From Camelus ferus (lineage: Eukaryota): DNA of 64,000 bases. The notes beneath the pieces are model-generated. The model saw nothing but the letters and a program-made list of their open reading frames with translations, did no database searches and was not told the DNA's origin. Numbering within the stretch: the first letter of the stretch is position 1; each line of letters opens with the position of its first letter. Shown here piece after piece: positions 36,556 through 51,208 of this stretch. A program made the position numbers and the translations under genes. The stretch lies in contig NC_045696.1 in assembly GCF_009834535.1 (NCBI RefSeq), positions 16,742,001 to 16,806,000 of the forward strand, given 5' to 3'.

Positions 36556-38369
36556 TATATACATATATAGTGTGTATACACAATATATCTTATTGTTTCT
36601 TTCATTCTATTTTTCACTCTGTGAAACAGGAAAGAAGATAGGAAGTAAGAGAGATAACCTGAGGGAAAGCCCACGGCCCAGATATTCGTCCCCAAAGCCT
36701 GAGTCAGAGTCCTTAGTCGAACAATTAGGCAATTTCCTGTTCTCTCTGCAGAGAGTGATGATCCCTAGGATTTTGGAAAATGCAACCTATTCCATGCATA
36801 AAATTAATGCTGTAGTAAAACTGGATGGTGAAAATTCAGAAAAAAAAAAGAATGTGGGGGTGAGAAGATTTACCCACATACAGCCTAAGTTCCAGTTTCT
36901 TTCCTTTTTTGATTGATTCCTAAGCTAGCTTTGCAAGATTATTTTGAGAAATAAATTGGAATCTGTCACAGGTTAATGTAATTAAGCTGCAAAAAGTAAG
37001 TTATCCAAACGTTTTTTAAATAATGAAATTGAATTGTTTAGCAATGCTTATATTTTGTTTTTCACATTAATTACCTTTTAAAAATTTTGTGCAATCTCAA
37101 TCTCTAATTTCTGAATATCCTACAGTTTGGGCATACTTATTCAGCTGATATTAGGAATGCAAATTGTCCTTATTAGAAGTGACAGGCAATGGAGTTTAGA
37201 GCTATTTACACAGGTATTTATAAATGTCTGTGGTCTCAGTGACTAATTGAAAACAAAGATCTTTGTTATAAAAAAAAGATTTATCTGATGTGAGTTTGTA
37301 AGAGATGATGAAGTCGATTTTTTTTTTTTGTTGTTCCAACTCTATAGCTTGTAGTCAAGCTTTGGAGATTGCTCTAGGAAAGAGATACTCAAAAGTTTGA
37401 AACTTCAGATAGAAGCACACATTTTGCTGCTTGAATTTGTGCTTATCACAGGAGGCGAAGTCAAATTGGCCAGTAAAATTTTGCCTCATCTTATTTCTTC
37501 CTTAATATATAATTGCTCTTTAGTGGTTTGGAGTCACTGAAAGTTCTCATCTCTCTACATGTAACACATTTCTGTAGAAACTTTAAAAGAACAAACTGAA
37601 CACTGTTATTGCACTGTCTCCCTTTTAAACTTGGTTATTTGTAAACATTTAGAACAAATTGCTTTTTCAGAAAGTTGATTGATTGGCTGACCCCATTTTG
37701 AATAAGTTGGGACAATCTATTTCACAGAAAAAAAAGATAACTCCATCTTCTATTTGGAAGCAACTCAACTCTTAAAATCCAGGCATCTTTAGTGTTCAAA
37801 TAATCAAAGTTAAATTCCTTTCAGAACCTTGACTTGATAGACCTTCCAGTGTGTGTTTTGATTAACTGTCTGGCTGATTGATTGATGAGTCTTTCCACAT
37901 TGGCTGAATTGATTGTGAAGATGCCTGCAGTCAAAGGACTATGTTGTGTATTTTGTGAATGATTCAGCTGTTGGTCTTTTACATGTAGTTTATAACAGAC
38001 TATAGATCAGTAGGCATTTGGACTTCAAGGCTGGGCTTCAGCATCATTCTTTCAATGATATATTTCATATCTAATATATCAAATATAAAATATATTAAAT
38101 TATTATATATGGTTACATTTCTGAAAAAACATTAATCTTTCAAAAGATATGGCATTATTTAATGATAGCATCAACATTTTATTAGTGAAGAGTTGATATT
38201 CAATGGCTTAAAACTATTTCTACAACTATATAATACCACTAATTCTCCAGTTTTGGTTTGTCCAAAAATCCTCCTGGAGTAATGGAAGGAGACACTCTCT
38301 ACTTGTGACCCCTCTATGTTTGGGAAAGTTTTTTAAAATTTCCCAATTCACCTCACCTTGGATTTTCAA

Positions 38370-38545
38370 ACCAGGATGTTGAATTCAAATTCTGATCCCA
38401 CATTTTGTCACTGTAGGACCTTGAGCAAGTTTACATAACTGCCTTGGGCTACATTCCTTCTTCTCTATACTGATCATATTCGCTATTGTGCTATCATAAA
38501 GATTGCATGAGTTATTAGATACCTGACATATAATAGGTTATTATT
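38370..38545 (+). mobile_element. MIR fragment
   Basis: gaattcaaattctgatccc...ctgtaggaccttgagcaagtttacataac. Confidence 0.6.
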
Positions 38546-41429
38546 GCTTTTTATTATTCTTGATAACTTTAGCTTACAGCATTGTTGTTCACATCCATGG
38601 ATTTCTAGGAAAGAGAGGATGTTGTCAGCATATTAGAATTCCAGGAGGTCTGTTCGCTCTGAATCTTTCTGTAGGGGCCACTGTAATTGGATGATAAAAA
38701 TTGAGCTATTTCATCAATTTCCACTAAATGGACAGTTACTGATTATCTACCAAGTGTCACACTTTATATCACCCTTTAAGGATACAAAAATAAATAAAAT
38801 GAAATCTCTTCTTTGAATCTTCATAAAATAGGAGGATTCTCAAGCTTTGAACATCTGTGATCTGCTTTGTTCCTGGAGATCTATACAGAAGCTGAGAGAA
38901 CTGAATTGGCATAAGGCACAGTCTGGAAAATCAATGTGTTATGTGTAGATCTGCATGGTCACAGCTTTGAAATGCCCCACAGAGTATTATAAAAGATGAA
39001 AATTTCATAATTGAACTTTAGTGATATTCATGGAGGAGACAGAACTTACAATGCCCTCTGTCCCCAATATCCTGCAAGCTAGGGGCCCAGGGTGATCTAC
39101 TGGAGGGTTACACAATTGCCCCAGACTACCCAAGACACAGGCCTGATTGTGAGTGACATGAATCCACAATTTGCCCTCAAGATGAAGCTACTTAACTTCA
39201 TCAGAGAATGAGAAATTGTCAAAGTAGTTGTCTTGATAGAATTATGGAGAATTAAAATCAGAGAGAGATATTTCTAGTCTAAAGATTAATTATAATACAC
39301 CCTGCTTTTGAAATTAATCCTCCTTATTTTGTAAATGTTGCCTACACGGGGTGTTTGAGTATTTATTATGGTCAGAATATAGATGGAGAAAGGCTTTTAT
39401 GAAAGACTAATAGTTATCCTGAAAAAGACAAGAGATTTAAACTCTTAGACAGATGTTTAAATTATGCTGTATCTTTTTACATTGTTTTTGTTGAAAGAAA
39501 TAAACTGAAACAGCAATGGGGGACATTGTGCTTTAGTGGAGAGAGTGGTTTTTAAACCAAGCAGACATGAGTGGGATGATGTTTTAAAGGGCTGTTGAAT
39601 CTGAATGTATGATTCCATATATATATAACCTTGAGTGAAACATGAAATATTTTATTCCTCTAGGACCTCATATGCATAAACCAAAAGCTGGCTTGTGGAT
39701 TAGTACTCATGTGTGTAGAACACTCAGCAAGGTGTCTGTGTGCCTGGCATTTCAGTAGTCTCAATAAAGAGCAGTTATTTCTGTTTACTTCAGCCCTTGA
39801 GATGAGTGGACCAACTCCAAACCTCCTTCTTTGGGACGTATTGTGTGAGCTTCTGTTCCGGGTTAGGTGACCCTGTTTGCTTGTGTGTTTTCCCTACTGG
39901 AATGTAAATTCTTCCAGGGCAGGAACTGAAATTTTTGTTTCTAATTACCCAACACCTAGTATGGAGTTTGCCTCTTAGAATTGAATCAATCAGTGTGGAA
40001 AGCTGAGTTCCACTCTATGTATCAGAAGGTTCTAGACAATAATAAATGCAGATCTGAAGAGAACAGAGATCTCCATTGAATATACATCCTTTCCTGTGAT
40101 GGGTAGAAACAATAAATGGAATTTATCTTGATTTAAGCGATGTTTTTCTATTTTGTTTAATAATAATAGTACACCTTTGATTTTTCTAGAAAATCATTTG
40201 CATGACAGTTTTTTTACAAGAGACTATTTTTAACTAATCTAACGTTTATCTGATACAATTTTATAATTGCCACAGACTGAGTGAAACACACTGAAGAGAG
40301 GAGTTTCTATCAGGCATTATTTGTAGCACAATGAACCATTAAATATTACATAGTTCATTCTCTTGGCTATAAAGCAACCATGAAAGTTAGCTGTTTTTCT
40401 TCCTTTAAATATTTATAAATGATAGAAACCATTTAATGCGGAGAAAATACCAATGAACATGGCAAGCCACTTGAAAGTTACAGTTAGTGATTTAAATGAT
40501 CTTGAAAACTGAATAAATTTTCAGATCCAAATGAAGCAAAGCCCCACAAATTAATATATTTTTCTCCATAAAACTCAAAGTTACAACAAGGGGATAAAAG
40601 ATCTTATGTTTTTAAACTCCGCTACAAAATACAGAGTTGGTAAATTCTTCAAATTCCATTAAATCATAGATTATTTATTTTACAGTCTCCTTAGTTCCTT
40701 ACCCAATAGCACATTAACCAGGACCCCTTAGGAGTGATAGTGACCTTCACTGAGGTTATGGACCAATAAGGGCTGTAAATAGCAGAGGGGCCTATTCATG
40801 GATTCCATGTCTTTAATTACTTCTTTAGTTTTTGGATTCTTGGCAAAGTACGAGTAAAAATGTGCTAGCTATGCAATGCGCATGTCTCCAGGCTGTTGCA
40901 TCTGCACAGCAAATTGAGTCATTTTTTTCCTTACTATGTTTTCTAAACAATGTCCTTTAATCAAGAGGTGGTTTGATTGTTGAATGGAAACCTAGACATA
41001 CTCTACGTATGTATTTATTTTTTTGTTCTCTGTATAGTTAGGTAAAAGACAAATTTCTGAATCTCCTGAAATCATAGAGTAATATTTTCTGGCCTGGCTG
41101 AGTAGTTTATGCTCACTAAAGTGTAATATTTTTAAAAAGTTGATTTAAGATCTTCTTTATTAGGAAGAAGAAAAACAGCATCATGATGAAAAAATAATAA
41201 TGAATAAAAAAGACAATGTTTTAAAGTTTAAGAATGATCATATCCCCTATTTTCCAAGAAGCATTTGGCACTTTCTCTTCATGAAAGACTCTCATGGTTT
41301 CTTTCCTTTCACTGGCCATTTAGTTTTAAGACTCCAATTGCAGCATCTTAAACCATAAAATCTATTCTTAATTCATGGACTCTACAAAGCCGACCTGGGC
41401 TAGATTTGGCCTGAGGAACATTGTTTGCC

Positions 41430-41835
41430 TACCCCTGTTCTTGGTGCTCCTTAAGCACAATAAACTTGCTCCCATCTCAGGGTCTTTGTGTTGGCTCTTC
41501 CTTCTTCTGGACATTGAATTGCTTCTCCCCAGTCTTTGTGTAGATTGCTCCTTTAGATCGTTCATGTCTCTTCTCCTGTGTCGCCTCCTCACAGAGGACT
41601 TTCCTGTCAACCATTCCCTTCCCCTCTATGCACTCGTCTCGCTTGATGCACTTTACAGCACTTATTTCTGCTTTGTATTAAATTATTTACTGGTTCACTT
41701 GTTCAATGGTCTGTCTTTTCTATGAGAAAGTTGGCTTTGTAGGAGCAAGGACTTTGTCTTTTCCTCTTCTCTTTTCCCAGTTTCCATTAAAATGTCTGGT
41801 ATTTAGTTGATGCTCAATGTTTGCTGAATGAATGA
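41430..41835 (+). mobile_element. L2 3' end
   Basis: gctcccatctcagggtctttgtgttggct...cctcctcacagaggactttcctg...gatgctcaatgtttgctgaatgaatga. Confidence 0.85.
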
Positions 41836-42109
41836 TCGTATAATCAGAGCCATTGTTTTTGCTGAAAAACATGGACGTTGTGGTAAAATGAATTCAAGTT
41901 TTAATTCTGTGCTTTATTGGCTTGGTGAATCTGTCTGGGTTATCTAAGGTTTGTAAGCTTTTTTGCCTTTTTTTTCATTTATAACATATGATTGACAATA
42001 ATTATAATACAGAAATTGTTCGAAAGGATAAAGCAGAAGCTTTATGTAAAGAGCTTAGACCAGTGCATGCTATAAACCAGTAATAGACTTTACATGGATG
42101 TGAATTCTT

Positions 42110-42241
42110 ATCACTTTCAGTGGACAGTAAACTTTGAGGGCAGAGATCATATATCTTTCCTATCTACTAGTATACTACTGGTTTCTGGCACATGGAAAAG
42201 TCAATAAATATTGTTGATTTATGAATGAGTGAATGAATGAA
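42110..42241 (+). mobile_element. L2 terminal fragment
   Basis: gacagtaaactttgagggcagagatcat...tctggcacatgg...caataaatattgttga...gaatgaatga. Confidence 0.7.
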
Positions 42242-43607
42242 CTCTACAAAAAGTCAAACACTCTGAGTGTAATAAACCTTTTAACATGCAGGGGCGGTAT
42301 TAATCAAAGTAAACATGTCACATTTAGTCAGAGAATCATACAAATTTGATTGCTTTGTATCACTGTTTTGTAAACACTGGATTCTTGAGGACCAACTATT
42401 AGTTGACTTCTGAACACTATGTGAAACCTGAAATCTGGCAACTTCAGTAGCTGGCGAGGCAGCTCTTTCTAAGTTCATCTTAAGAAACAAGAACATTTTG
42501 GGTCCATGGAAAGTTAGGAGGCTCATAGGAATTATTTATTAGTCTACAAAAAATGAGACAGTAGAGCGTACCTGAGGCATATGATCTTCTTGGGTTCTTG
42601 GAAAAAATTTTGTTTTAATCTGTGAGGGAATGCAACACTCTGTCACTAAAAGCAAGGATTGGCAGAGCTGCAGTCTATGGAGGTGACCCTCCTAAGGGTG
42701 CTCATTTGGGTCGGGCCACATCTATAAGTGTAATGGCTTCTGGAATTGCAGTCCAAGGGTGTTATGTCTAAGAGCCCTCCTTGGGAATTCTGGTTCTCTT
42801 CCATTTGCAGACTTTGACCAAACTTTATTTTCTCAGATTACTCTAAACTGGCACTTGATTGCCAGTCGTTTTTCTGGTCCACAATCCATGTGATTGTGAT
42901 GTGATATGAAAAGATCAATAACACTTCTGAAGTTTTCATTTCAGTCTGAAATGCCCCCAAAATTTAAAAAGATGATGCTAAGCTATTAAAACATATGAAA
43001 TATGTATTTGAATCTAGTAAATATGATTTCAAATTAATCATTTAATGTATACCTTCAGGAAAATTCTGAATTCGGCCAATTTTTTTTCCTCCACACCTGA
43101 TTTTCAGTAGACATATGAAACTGCACTGAAAACACTCCAGAAAGAAAAGAACACTTTTGAAATATGTTGTACTTAGAAATAAAAACTACTACAACGATAA
43201 CAGAAACAAAAGGACATTACAAATTATATAGGGGCTAGATTGTTGTATTTCAGTGCAGTCAACATTTACTCTGAGCTGTGTGACCTGAAGTTCAATGTGG
43301 TCTGCAGAATATTCCAGTTCACTGAGAGGGATTTGGTCAACAAATATGTTGTTGAGCTTAACTTTAAGTTAGAAAGTAAATTTGTCTGCACATTCGAGTT
43401 TGATACCTTTGCTTCACACTCCAGTAAATTGTTCTAATTGCAGTTTGAAGTGGAGCAATACAGTTCATAACCAGATATGGCTTCTTTGAAATCATGAGAA
43501 ATATATACTGTATATACATATGTATATTTTGTATATACATAAATATTATATTTTTTCACTTATTTGTATTTATATATGTTTCTATGTACATATACATGTA
43601 TATGTAT

Positions 43608-44147
43608 ATAAGTTTCCATAAGGATGTTCATTTCAAATAACAGAAAGTCTAACGTAGCTTAACTGGAGTTTATTATCTTATAGAACATGAAACCCTGAAA
43701 AGAACAATTGCAGGGCTGGTTAGTTCAACTGCTTGACAGTATTACCAAAGGCTCAGCTGTCCTCAGAACTCCAGTTTTAATGGCAAGCTTGTTCCCTCAT
43801 GGTCATAATTTGGCTGCCACAGCTCCAGCCTTTACCGCCCCTTAGAGTCTTATGCAGGGGCAGGAAAAAGAATTCTTATCAAACATCCCTTTTTTTTTCT
43901 AAATCAAACAGCTCCCCAAAATGACTTATTTCAATAGGAAAAAAAATCACACATCAATTTTTAGATAAATTATTCTCAAGGACAGTGGAACTTCTAAGAT
44001 AGGATTGGTCAGGCTGAGGATAGACTAACTTCCATAAGGACATGGCCCAGTAGAAGGCAGAAGTGGTCATTTGATCCACACTGCTGCTCTGCTAGGCAAG
44101 AAAGCATGAGGGAAAGACTTACAGAGACAGCAAATCACATCCGGTAC
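43608..44147 (-). mobile_element. Old MaLR LTR (MLT1K-like)
   Basis: caaataacagaaagtctaac...gcagggctggttagttca...ctcatggtcataatttggctgccacagctccagcc. Confidence 0.65.
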
Positions 44148-46610
44148 AAATACCAACTTTCTATTACCCATGAGTGCCAAAATTTTTGTTCTTTTGCATT
44201 TGCTGTGAATTTTTAAATCAACGTTAAGCAAACAAAGCGTAGAGTCTATTGATGTAAAATTGCTTCTTTCTCATTGCTATCCTTAAAGAATTTAAAATAT
44301 AAGCATTTTGAAGCAAAAGGAAATAAATGCGGAGTCCAAACTTAAAAATATAGATATTTTAAACAGATTTATTCTGCTATTTCCTTACAGAATAAGAAAG
44401 TGTGTTAAATTTCCTTACTACATGAAGAGCAGATGAAGGAATTAAGCAGTGATACAGAAATAACTTTCAAATTTTGTGTTGGCCAGGTTATCAAACTATT
44501 CAATGAAACCATATAAAAATGCACCGTTATATGTATATTTCATGATGATTGTCTTCTTAACTAGCAGGTCATGTTGAAAGTTTTTAAACATTTTATTAAC
44601 ATCTAATTAATGATTTACTGGAGAAGGAAATTTGTAAACCAAACCAAACAAAAGCATTGTGTTGTATGTTTTTTCATTAAAGATAAGTTATTCTCTCAGG
44701 TGACTTAACACTCTTTGAGACTGAATAGAAATAACAACCTGCCTTCCTGGAATGATGCTGCTTTATTGCTGCATTGGTATATAGAAACATGATTTGGTAT
44801 CAATGGCTTATTCCCAGGTTCCTATTGTTCCCACATTCTCAGTTTCCTTCAGGTTCCTTGCCTGTTGCAGGGAAGCATGAGCCGCTGAAAATGTCAAGAA
44901 AAACGGGATTTGGAATCTGAAGCAGAACTGACAGTATCACAGGGTAAAAGGGGAATAAAGAAAAAAGCCCATAACAATAAAAAAAACACAAATGACATAC
45001 AGTTATGTCTCTGCATAAGGCAAAGGAAATTTCTTATCTGTCTGAGGATGTTTTCTGAGCTTCCAGTCACTTTCAATGGGAGTTCAAATGAAGTCTTTTG
45101 TTAACTTCGATATGATCTCACAGAAAATAAAAATAAAAAGAGAGAAAAGAAAAAGTGTACAACATGATGAAAACTCAAGATCAAGTACAATCCAAAAGCC
45201 TTAAATTGGTAGTTGGCTTGAAAAGTTTTTCTCCATTCATAATCTTTTTAATCCAAATAAACAATAGTATTTTGGATTAGCATGTTGGTCAGTAAATAAA
45301 ATGAACTACATATTAAGTGAATAGTCTTAATAGCTCTTTAGTAAAGTAATCTCAACAAGAATAGAGAAATCTGTGATGCTTGTGTATCTGGGAAATACCC
45401 CCAATCTTGGGAGAGCTCTGGGGATAAATGGTTGCCTGAGTTTCACTCTTCCTGTCTAATGTTAACATCTTTCTAGGATGGAACCCGAATGCTCCCAAAT
45501 TCTCATGTCTTCAGGGATCACCTTTCCTTTTTTAACGCAGCCATCACATAACACAGCCTGAGCCACCTTCCTGCTGATGGCAGTAAATCCTTGCCTTTGT
45601 GGGATCCTGTCCTTGGTAAGTTTGGATAGTTCAGGGATCCTTAAATGCCCAACAAATCCTTCCTAAGTGGCTGCTTGTCATCTCTTGCTTGAGATTCCTG
45701 TTCTGAGCACTCTGGTGACCAGGATTTGTCCTCTCATAATCTACTGTCTAGGAAATTATCCTCCATACACTATATCACATGCAGGGTCGCAACCTCCATC
45801 CTCCCTGGTAACGTGCTCAGAGACACCATTCTTCAAAACAAAAAGCCAAGGAAGCTAAACCTGCCAAGTAGCATTCAGAAAGAAACCCAGAAGAGCAGAA
45901 TGGGGTTGCAAAGCAAAATATTAAAAACATAAGTAAGAACAAATGTTAACAGTTATCACTGCTCCTTGGGGGTACCCATTCTCCTTTACAGGATTCCTGA
46001 TTTCTTCTGGGTGCCCCTTGCCCCTCTTTTCCTTTCCACCTGTACCATGATCACCTTTCTCAGGAGCCCCTTTCAACCATTTTGCCATTCTTGGAGTCTA
46101 GGCTTCAACCCCCAGACTCAGATAAATTAATGAAAACTTTCTATTCCCAAACAAATCCTATTTTATTTGTCCCTTTATTCTGTCCCTGAATTACTGCTTG
46201 TGGAAGCATCTCTTCCTTCAGTCACTACCAATGCCACCCACGTGACATGTTATGCTGTCCAGGGCCGACACTAGCAAACTCAGGAGCTGACAACACTTTT
46301 ACCTAGCAGTGGTTTAAGACCTCCGCATGAATAATGACTACGTCCATTACAAGCAGCTGACTAATTGTGCCTACCTAGGTGGTCCCTTCCGGTGTTAAGG
46401 GGGAGCCTGTCCCCAAAACAACTTCCAATTTCCACTCGAGAAGACAGACGAGGCTTGTCACTCCCACAGTATTGTCCTTTTCAACTGCAAAATTTAAAGG
46501 GGTAACTATACCTTCTGCAACAAAGCAAAGCTGCTAGAAACTAAAACAAGGGTTGTTGCCCTACACACATTGCTGGCAACTACTGATGTGTTTGGTTAAG
46601 TAGCCACCCC

Positions 46611-47055
46611 TGCAATAGCAAAGAACAAATCTGACTCCATATTTGATCGTTCCTTTAGTTTTAACCACTGTGCCCTGTTTCCTAGGCTCAGTCTTGCTAG
46701 CTCTGCACTCACGTAAAGATAACAAGTTGCAGAAGAGAGAATAACGTTTGTTTTGTTGGAGGTTTTGCAGGAGCACCATGAGCTGGCCCATGTGGATGGC
46801 TGCAGGAACAAAGAATTCCTACACCAAGCAGTTTGCAACAACCAACTACGCCGCTCCCCCCACCCCTGTTTTTTGTTTTTGTATAAAAGGAGCCTGTATT
46901 CTGATTTGAGTAGGATGGTTCTCCAAGACATGAGTCTGCCATCCTCTCAGTCTGCTGGCTTTCCTAATAAAGTCGCTATTCCTTGCCCCAACACCTCGTC
47001 TCCCGATTTATTGGCCTGTCGTGCAGCGAGCAGAACGAGTTTGGACTCAGTAACA
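46611..47055 (+). mobile_element. ERV1-type solo LTR
   Basis: tgcaatagcaaagaacaaatctgactccat...gtataaaa...aataaagtcgct...ttggactcagtaaca. TSD cccc at 46607-46610 and 47056-47059. Confidence 0.88.
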
Positions 47056-50000
47056 CCCCCTCAGTATATAGTCTGTTGTAGCATCATCCTTTAATATAGA
47101 GTCACATAAATCTTACCATCAGCAGATTTCTTACGTCTGCGTTTTCATGTTTCATACTATTGTAACATATTTTAGAGATTGCCTGTTAAAAGAAGCAACT
47201 AATTTTGCAATAGGAACATCTAAGGATGGATGGGACTTAGGGGATGGACATAGGTTTCCAAATTTTTTGCAGTCTAAGGATTTTTGAAAAATCTTCTTGA
47301 GAACTTCCTTTAGAAATATCAACTAACCAGTTAATTAGCATGTATTGCTGAGAACTCATCTTCTGGTCCTGGATCTGATCTAGGAGTTCTAAATGAGATG
47401 CTCTTTAAATTTATGACAAGCCTCTGGTATCAAAATGCTTGTCATTCTTTCTGAAGACGTCATATTCCTCATCAACCTGAATGTGCAGCTTAGCAAGTCC
47501 TAAATTTTTTGGATTTTAAAAAGACACTGATTCACTTTTTTGAAAATTGGATTACTTGACTCATAGATAACCTGTAGCAACTTTTGGGGTAAACAATGGT
47601 ATTTTATTTGCTTCCACAGTGAGAAAACGAATAGGGTTAAATGGTTGATAAAATATGTTTAAGTGTTCCTGATACATAGAATTCATCTTATTTATTTAAT
47701 GAAAATACTCTCAGGATGGCAACGTTTTAGTTTTTATTGTGTTTTAGTAGAATATAACATCACACTTAGTTATTTATTTCCTGTTTGAACAAATAAGTCT
47801 TTCGTGTTTGCATTAACTTCGCACTAATGTTGAGTCATTGCAACAATACTTCCTCCCAGCCCAGATTTGCTGTGGATACACACAATTCTCCTTTAGCATG
47901 TTCTGCCTGGAGAAATAACTGTTCTTTATCTTCAGGACAGAATCTATCAAAGGAGCTGTGCTTCATAGGCTTTCCAGTGACAGTGCTTCAAGAAAAATTG
48001 CTGATTGAAAATAATGTGAGAACCTACCACTGGGCATTGCTCAGGCAAATCTCTCTTTTCAATGGCTGAGGGTCACTTTGTCTCAGAATAACTGTACACA
48101 CATTCACAGAGCTGTATCTTGGAATGTGGCTTTCTTCAAATGGTTCCTTTGAGACCTCTCAAGGTGTTTGGAAAATATTTTTAAGGAGATCATGAAAATG
48201 TGACAGTTAATATATTCATGATTGTGTCCAAATGCTGAATACCTCATGGAATATTCTATGGTGCTTCATGAGGGCCTGTAACAAGTTATTCAAAATCATT
48301 CTCAGCTGAACTTTGAAAAAAATCACTTGATCTTGACAATATTCAATTATATATAGAAAAGTGCCCTTGATTTAATAATATGTCAGTGGGTGATTCAGCT
48401 ACGATGGTTTTGGCTTCTTATTGCTGAAAGTTTTGTGCTTTTGAACAAATACCTCATTTTTATTTTAAAATGTAATTTACATGTAATTTAATATTAATAC
48501 ACAAACTTAAATGCATTTGTATATTTCACTTTGTGCTGGAGTGTTTAGAAATTCGTATGTTATGTCATTGAGTTTTCTGATTAGTCATAAAACACTTTTT
48601 ATGGTTTTGATTTTATCTGAAGGAAACCATAGAGAATTTCAGTTCGCTTTTGTAACCTAATGGGTTTGGCACATAAAGAATTTGATTTTTTTCATTTTAG
48701 TGTTGAGAATCTTCTATGGAGATGGATTATATTTAGATGGATTTTCACCATCTGAAAATTTAGCTGAAGCTAAATGTGTGCTGATTCCTGGAATTTTGTG
48801 GAAGTGTTTTGCTTAGTTTTTAATCAGATTTTGATATGCACGTTTGTGTGCATGTATGCATGTGTGTGCACGTGTGTGTGTTTGAGAGAGAAATCTCATA
48901 AAAGGGGTGAAATGATATAGCACATTGAGGATTTTGAGTTAATTGAGGGTTATCCTCAATTATCCCGTAAAAATAAGGTAGAATCCTTTATAATCTGGAA
49001 AGAAAAAAATACTGAAATATTATCTCAGATCAAGTAAAGGAATTCTTATATTGCCCTTTCACAAATGTGATGTAAGAAACCATATTTCTTAAGAGATTAA
49101 GCCATATGGAATCTATTTACACAGACACACGATTTAAGAATGTAAACATAGTTGGCAGTGCCTATGTGTTTAGGGTAGCAGTATTTTGAAAGAAAGTAGT
49201 TTTCCAAAGATTTTTACGTCCCATGTTCTTCAGGAGAGAAAGTGGGATTGTGAATTGATACACAATTCATACATTATTAAACATGTTACATACAGGGATA
49301 AACTTCAGAGGCTCTGGATTTACGTATCTTAATATGTAACTTGAATAGAATCATAGAATGTTAGAGCTTGAAAGGAATATAAAATTTATCAAATTAAAAT
49401 TCTTAGTCAACATATGTTGAAAGAGAAGCCCAAAGAGGTGAAAAATCTTCCCTAAAGGCATTTGGGAGCCCAGGGTGTATTCTGACAGCTGGGCTTCACT
49501 GCCTCTTATCCATCGCTAAGGCTTGTAGTATCATGACTCTTGATTAGTTTCTTAGCCAAGAACCCACAGGTTGCAGTGTGCAAGGTCTAAGCCATGACAG
49601 CTCTCACTGGCTCATCTTCCTCATCCATGGTGAAGACACTGTGGATGATGGATATACAGACATGGACCCATTCAGCAGCAAGTCCAGATACTTCTGGACC
49701 ACGGGAGATTCTCACCTGGGCACTGGAGGAAATCATCATTGAAAGTTTTATTAATGGGTGAAGATTTTTTGAAAAAGCACTTCACATGGAAAGTTGTGTG
49801 TGTTCCCAGTCAGTAGGGCCACTGAATACTCCCTCTCTAATGTTCCTTTCTGTCTCACTTTCCTTACTTCCTACCACCCACACACCTTCTCTTTCCATCA
49901 GTGAGAAAGAAGAAAACATTCTCTGGTTTTTGGACATGGTTGCAATAGATCCATACTTACGATGACCTTACTTCCACTGAAAGAGAATTTATTGCTTCAC

Positions 50001-50743
50001 ATATTTGCTCAAGACCCACTAGAGGTAAACTCCAAAAAACAGGAATTTTTGCCATTTTTGTACCCTGAACAAAAGATGACACTCAAAAGACATTCAGTAG
50101 ATACTTGTTGAATGAAATTGGAGTTGATGGAAAATCAGAATAAGTATAGTTGTTAGTAAAAAGAATCCTGGATTTAAGATTCTGAATTTTGAACGAAATT
50201 TAGACAGATAGGCAGAATTATGCATGGATTAACATTTCATACTGATACAAGGAAGCTCAAAATTCAAGAGGACTGTGGGTATCGCAGAACCAAGAAAAAA
50301 ATGAAGGCAACTCCATTCAGAGAGCACTTAACACATTTCCCTTAACCATGATGAATGAATGATTTTACAAATTTCTTAGTGAGGAAGGCATGAACCATGA
50401 AAATTGCATAATAAAATATAATCAATTTATCTGCAATTTTAATAACTCACTTATTTAGTAAATACTTTTATATCACAGTTCAAATAATTCTTAACCAATA
50501 CCAGTTGCTTTATGAAGTCCTTATAAAAGAATTTTTAAGTACTTTAAGAAGTCTCTAGTTGGGCCAAAAAGAGATCACTACACAAGATTTTGCTACTTAA
50601 GTTTGGAAGAACAGGTAAAGAGCAGTTTTTACCCCATGGGGTCTAATTAGGATCTTCTCTTATTTGTATACTGTCTTTGTTACACCTGCATGAACTCCAT
50701 GCACAAATATGAATTAAAATACAGAACATTTGAAATAACTGAG

Positions 50744-51208
50744 TGCATTAGGTTCCTGTAGGTGCTGTGAGGAAATACTATAAACTCAATGGATTAAAGC
50801 AACAATTTTTTTCTCTTACAGTTCTGGAAGGCAAAAGTTTGAAATGGGTCTTACTGGGCTAACATCAAGTATTTGTCAGAGCCTCATTTCCTCTGGAAGG
50901 TCTAGGGGAGAATTTATTTCCTTGCCTTATCTAGCGTAGAGGCCACCTGCATTCTTTGGCTGCAGCCCCAGTCTCCATCTTCAAAGTCAACAGTTGAACG
51001 TCTTCCAGTTTCTCTCTCTGCCTACCCCTTTAGGGTTTTTCAATTAACTGCACTCTCTCCCTGTTTTATGGACTCTTGTGATTAAATTGGGCCCACCTAG
51101 CTAATCCAAAATCATCTTCCCATCTCAAGATCCTTAACCTAGTTACATCTGTAAAGTCCTTGTAAGGTAATGCATTCACAGATTCTGGGGATTGTGACAT
51201 CTTTGGGA
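50744..51208 (-). mobile_element. MLT1D-like MaLR LTR
   Basis: ctcttacagttctggaagg...tctaggggagaatttatttccttgcct...tccatcttcaaag...attgggcccacctag...catctcaagatccttaac. Confidence 0.88.

Noticed and set aside
36335..36916. Longest ORF (193 aa)
   Set aside because: Non-ATG start, runs through an (AC)n microsatellite (THTHTH) and low-complexity sequence, and has no recognisable domain.
44871..44943. Plus-strand coding exon candidate (gcctgttgcag|...AGG|gtaaaa)
   Set aside because: Stops in all three frames and a weak donor.
49407..49420. 14-bp palindrome tcaacatatgttga (similarly gtttaatattaaac near 19247)
   Set aside because: AT-rich, isolated, within or near decayed repeats, with no supporting context.
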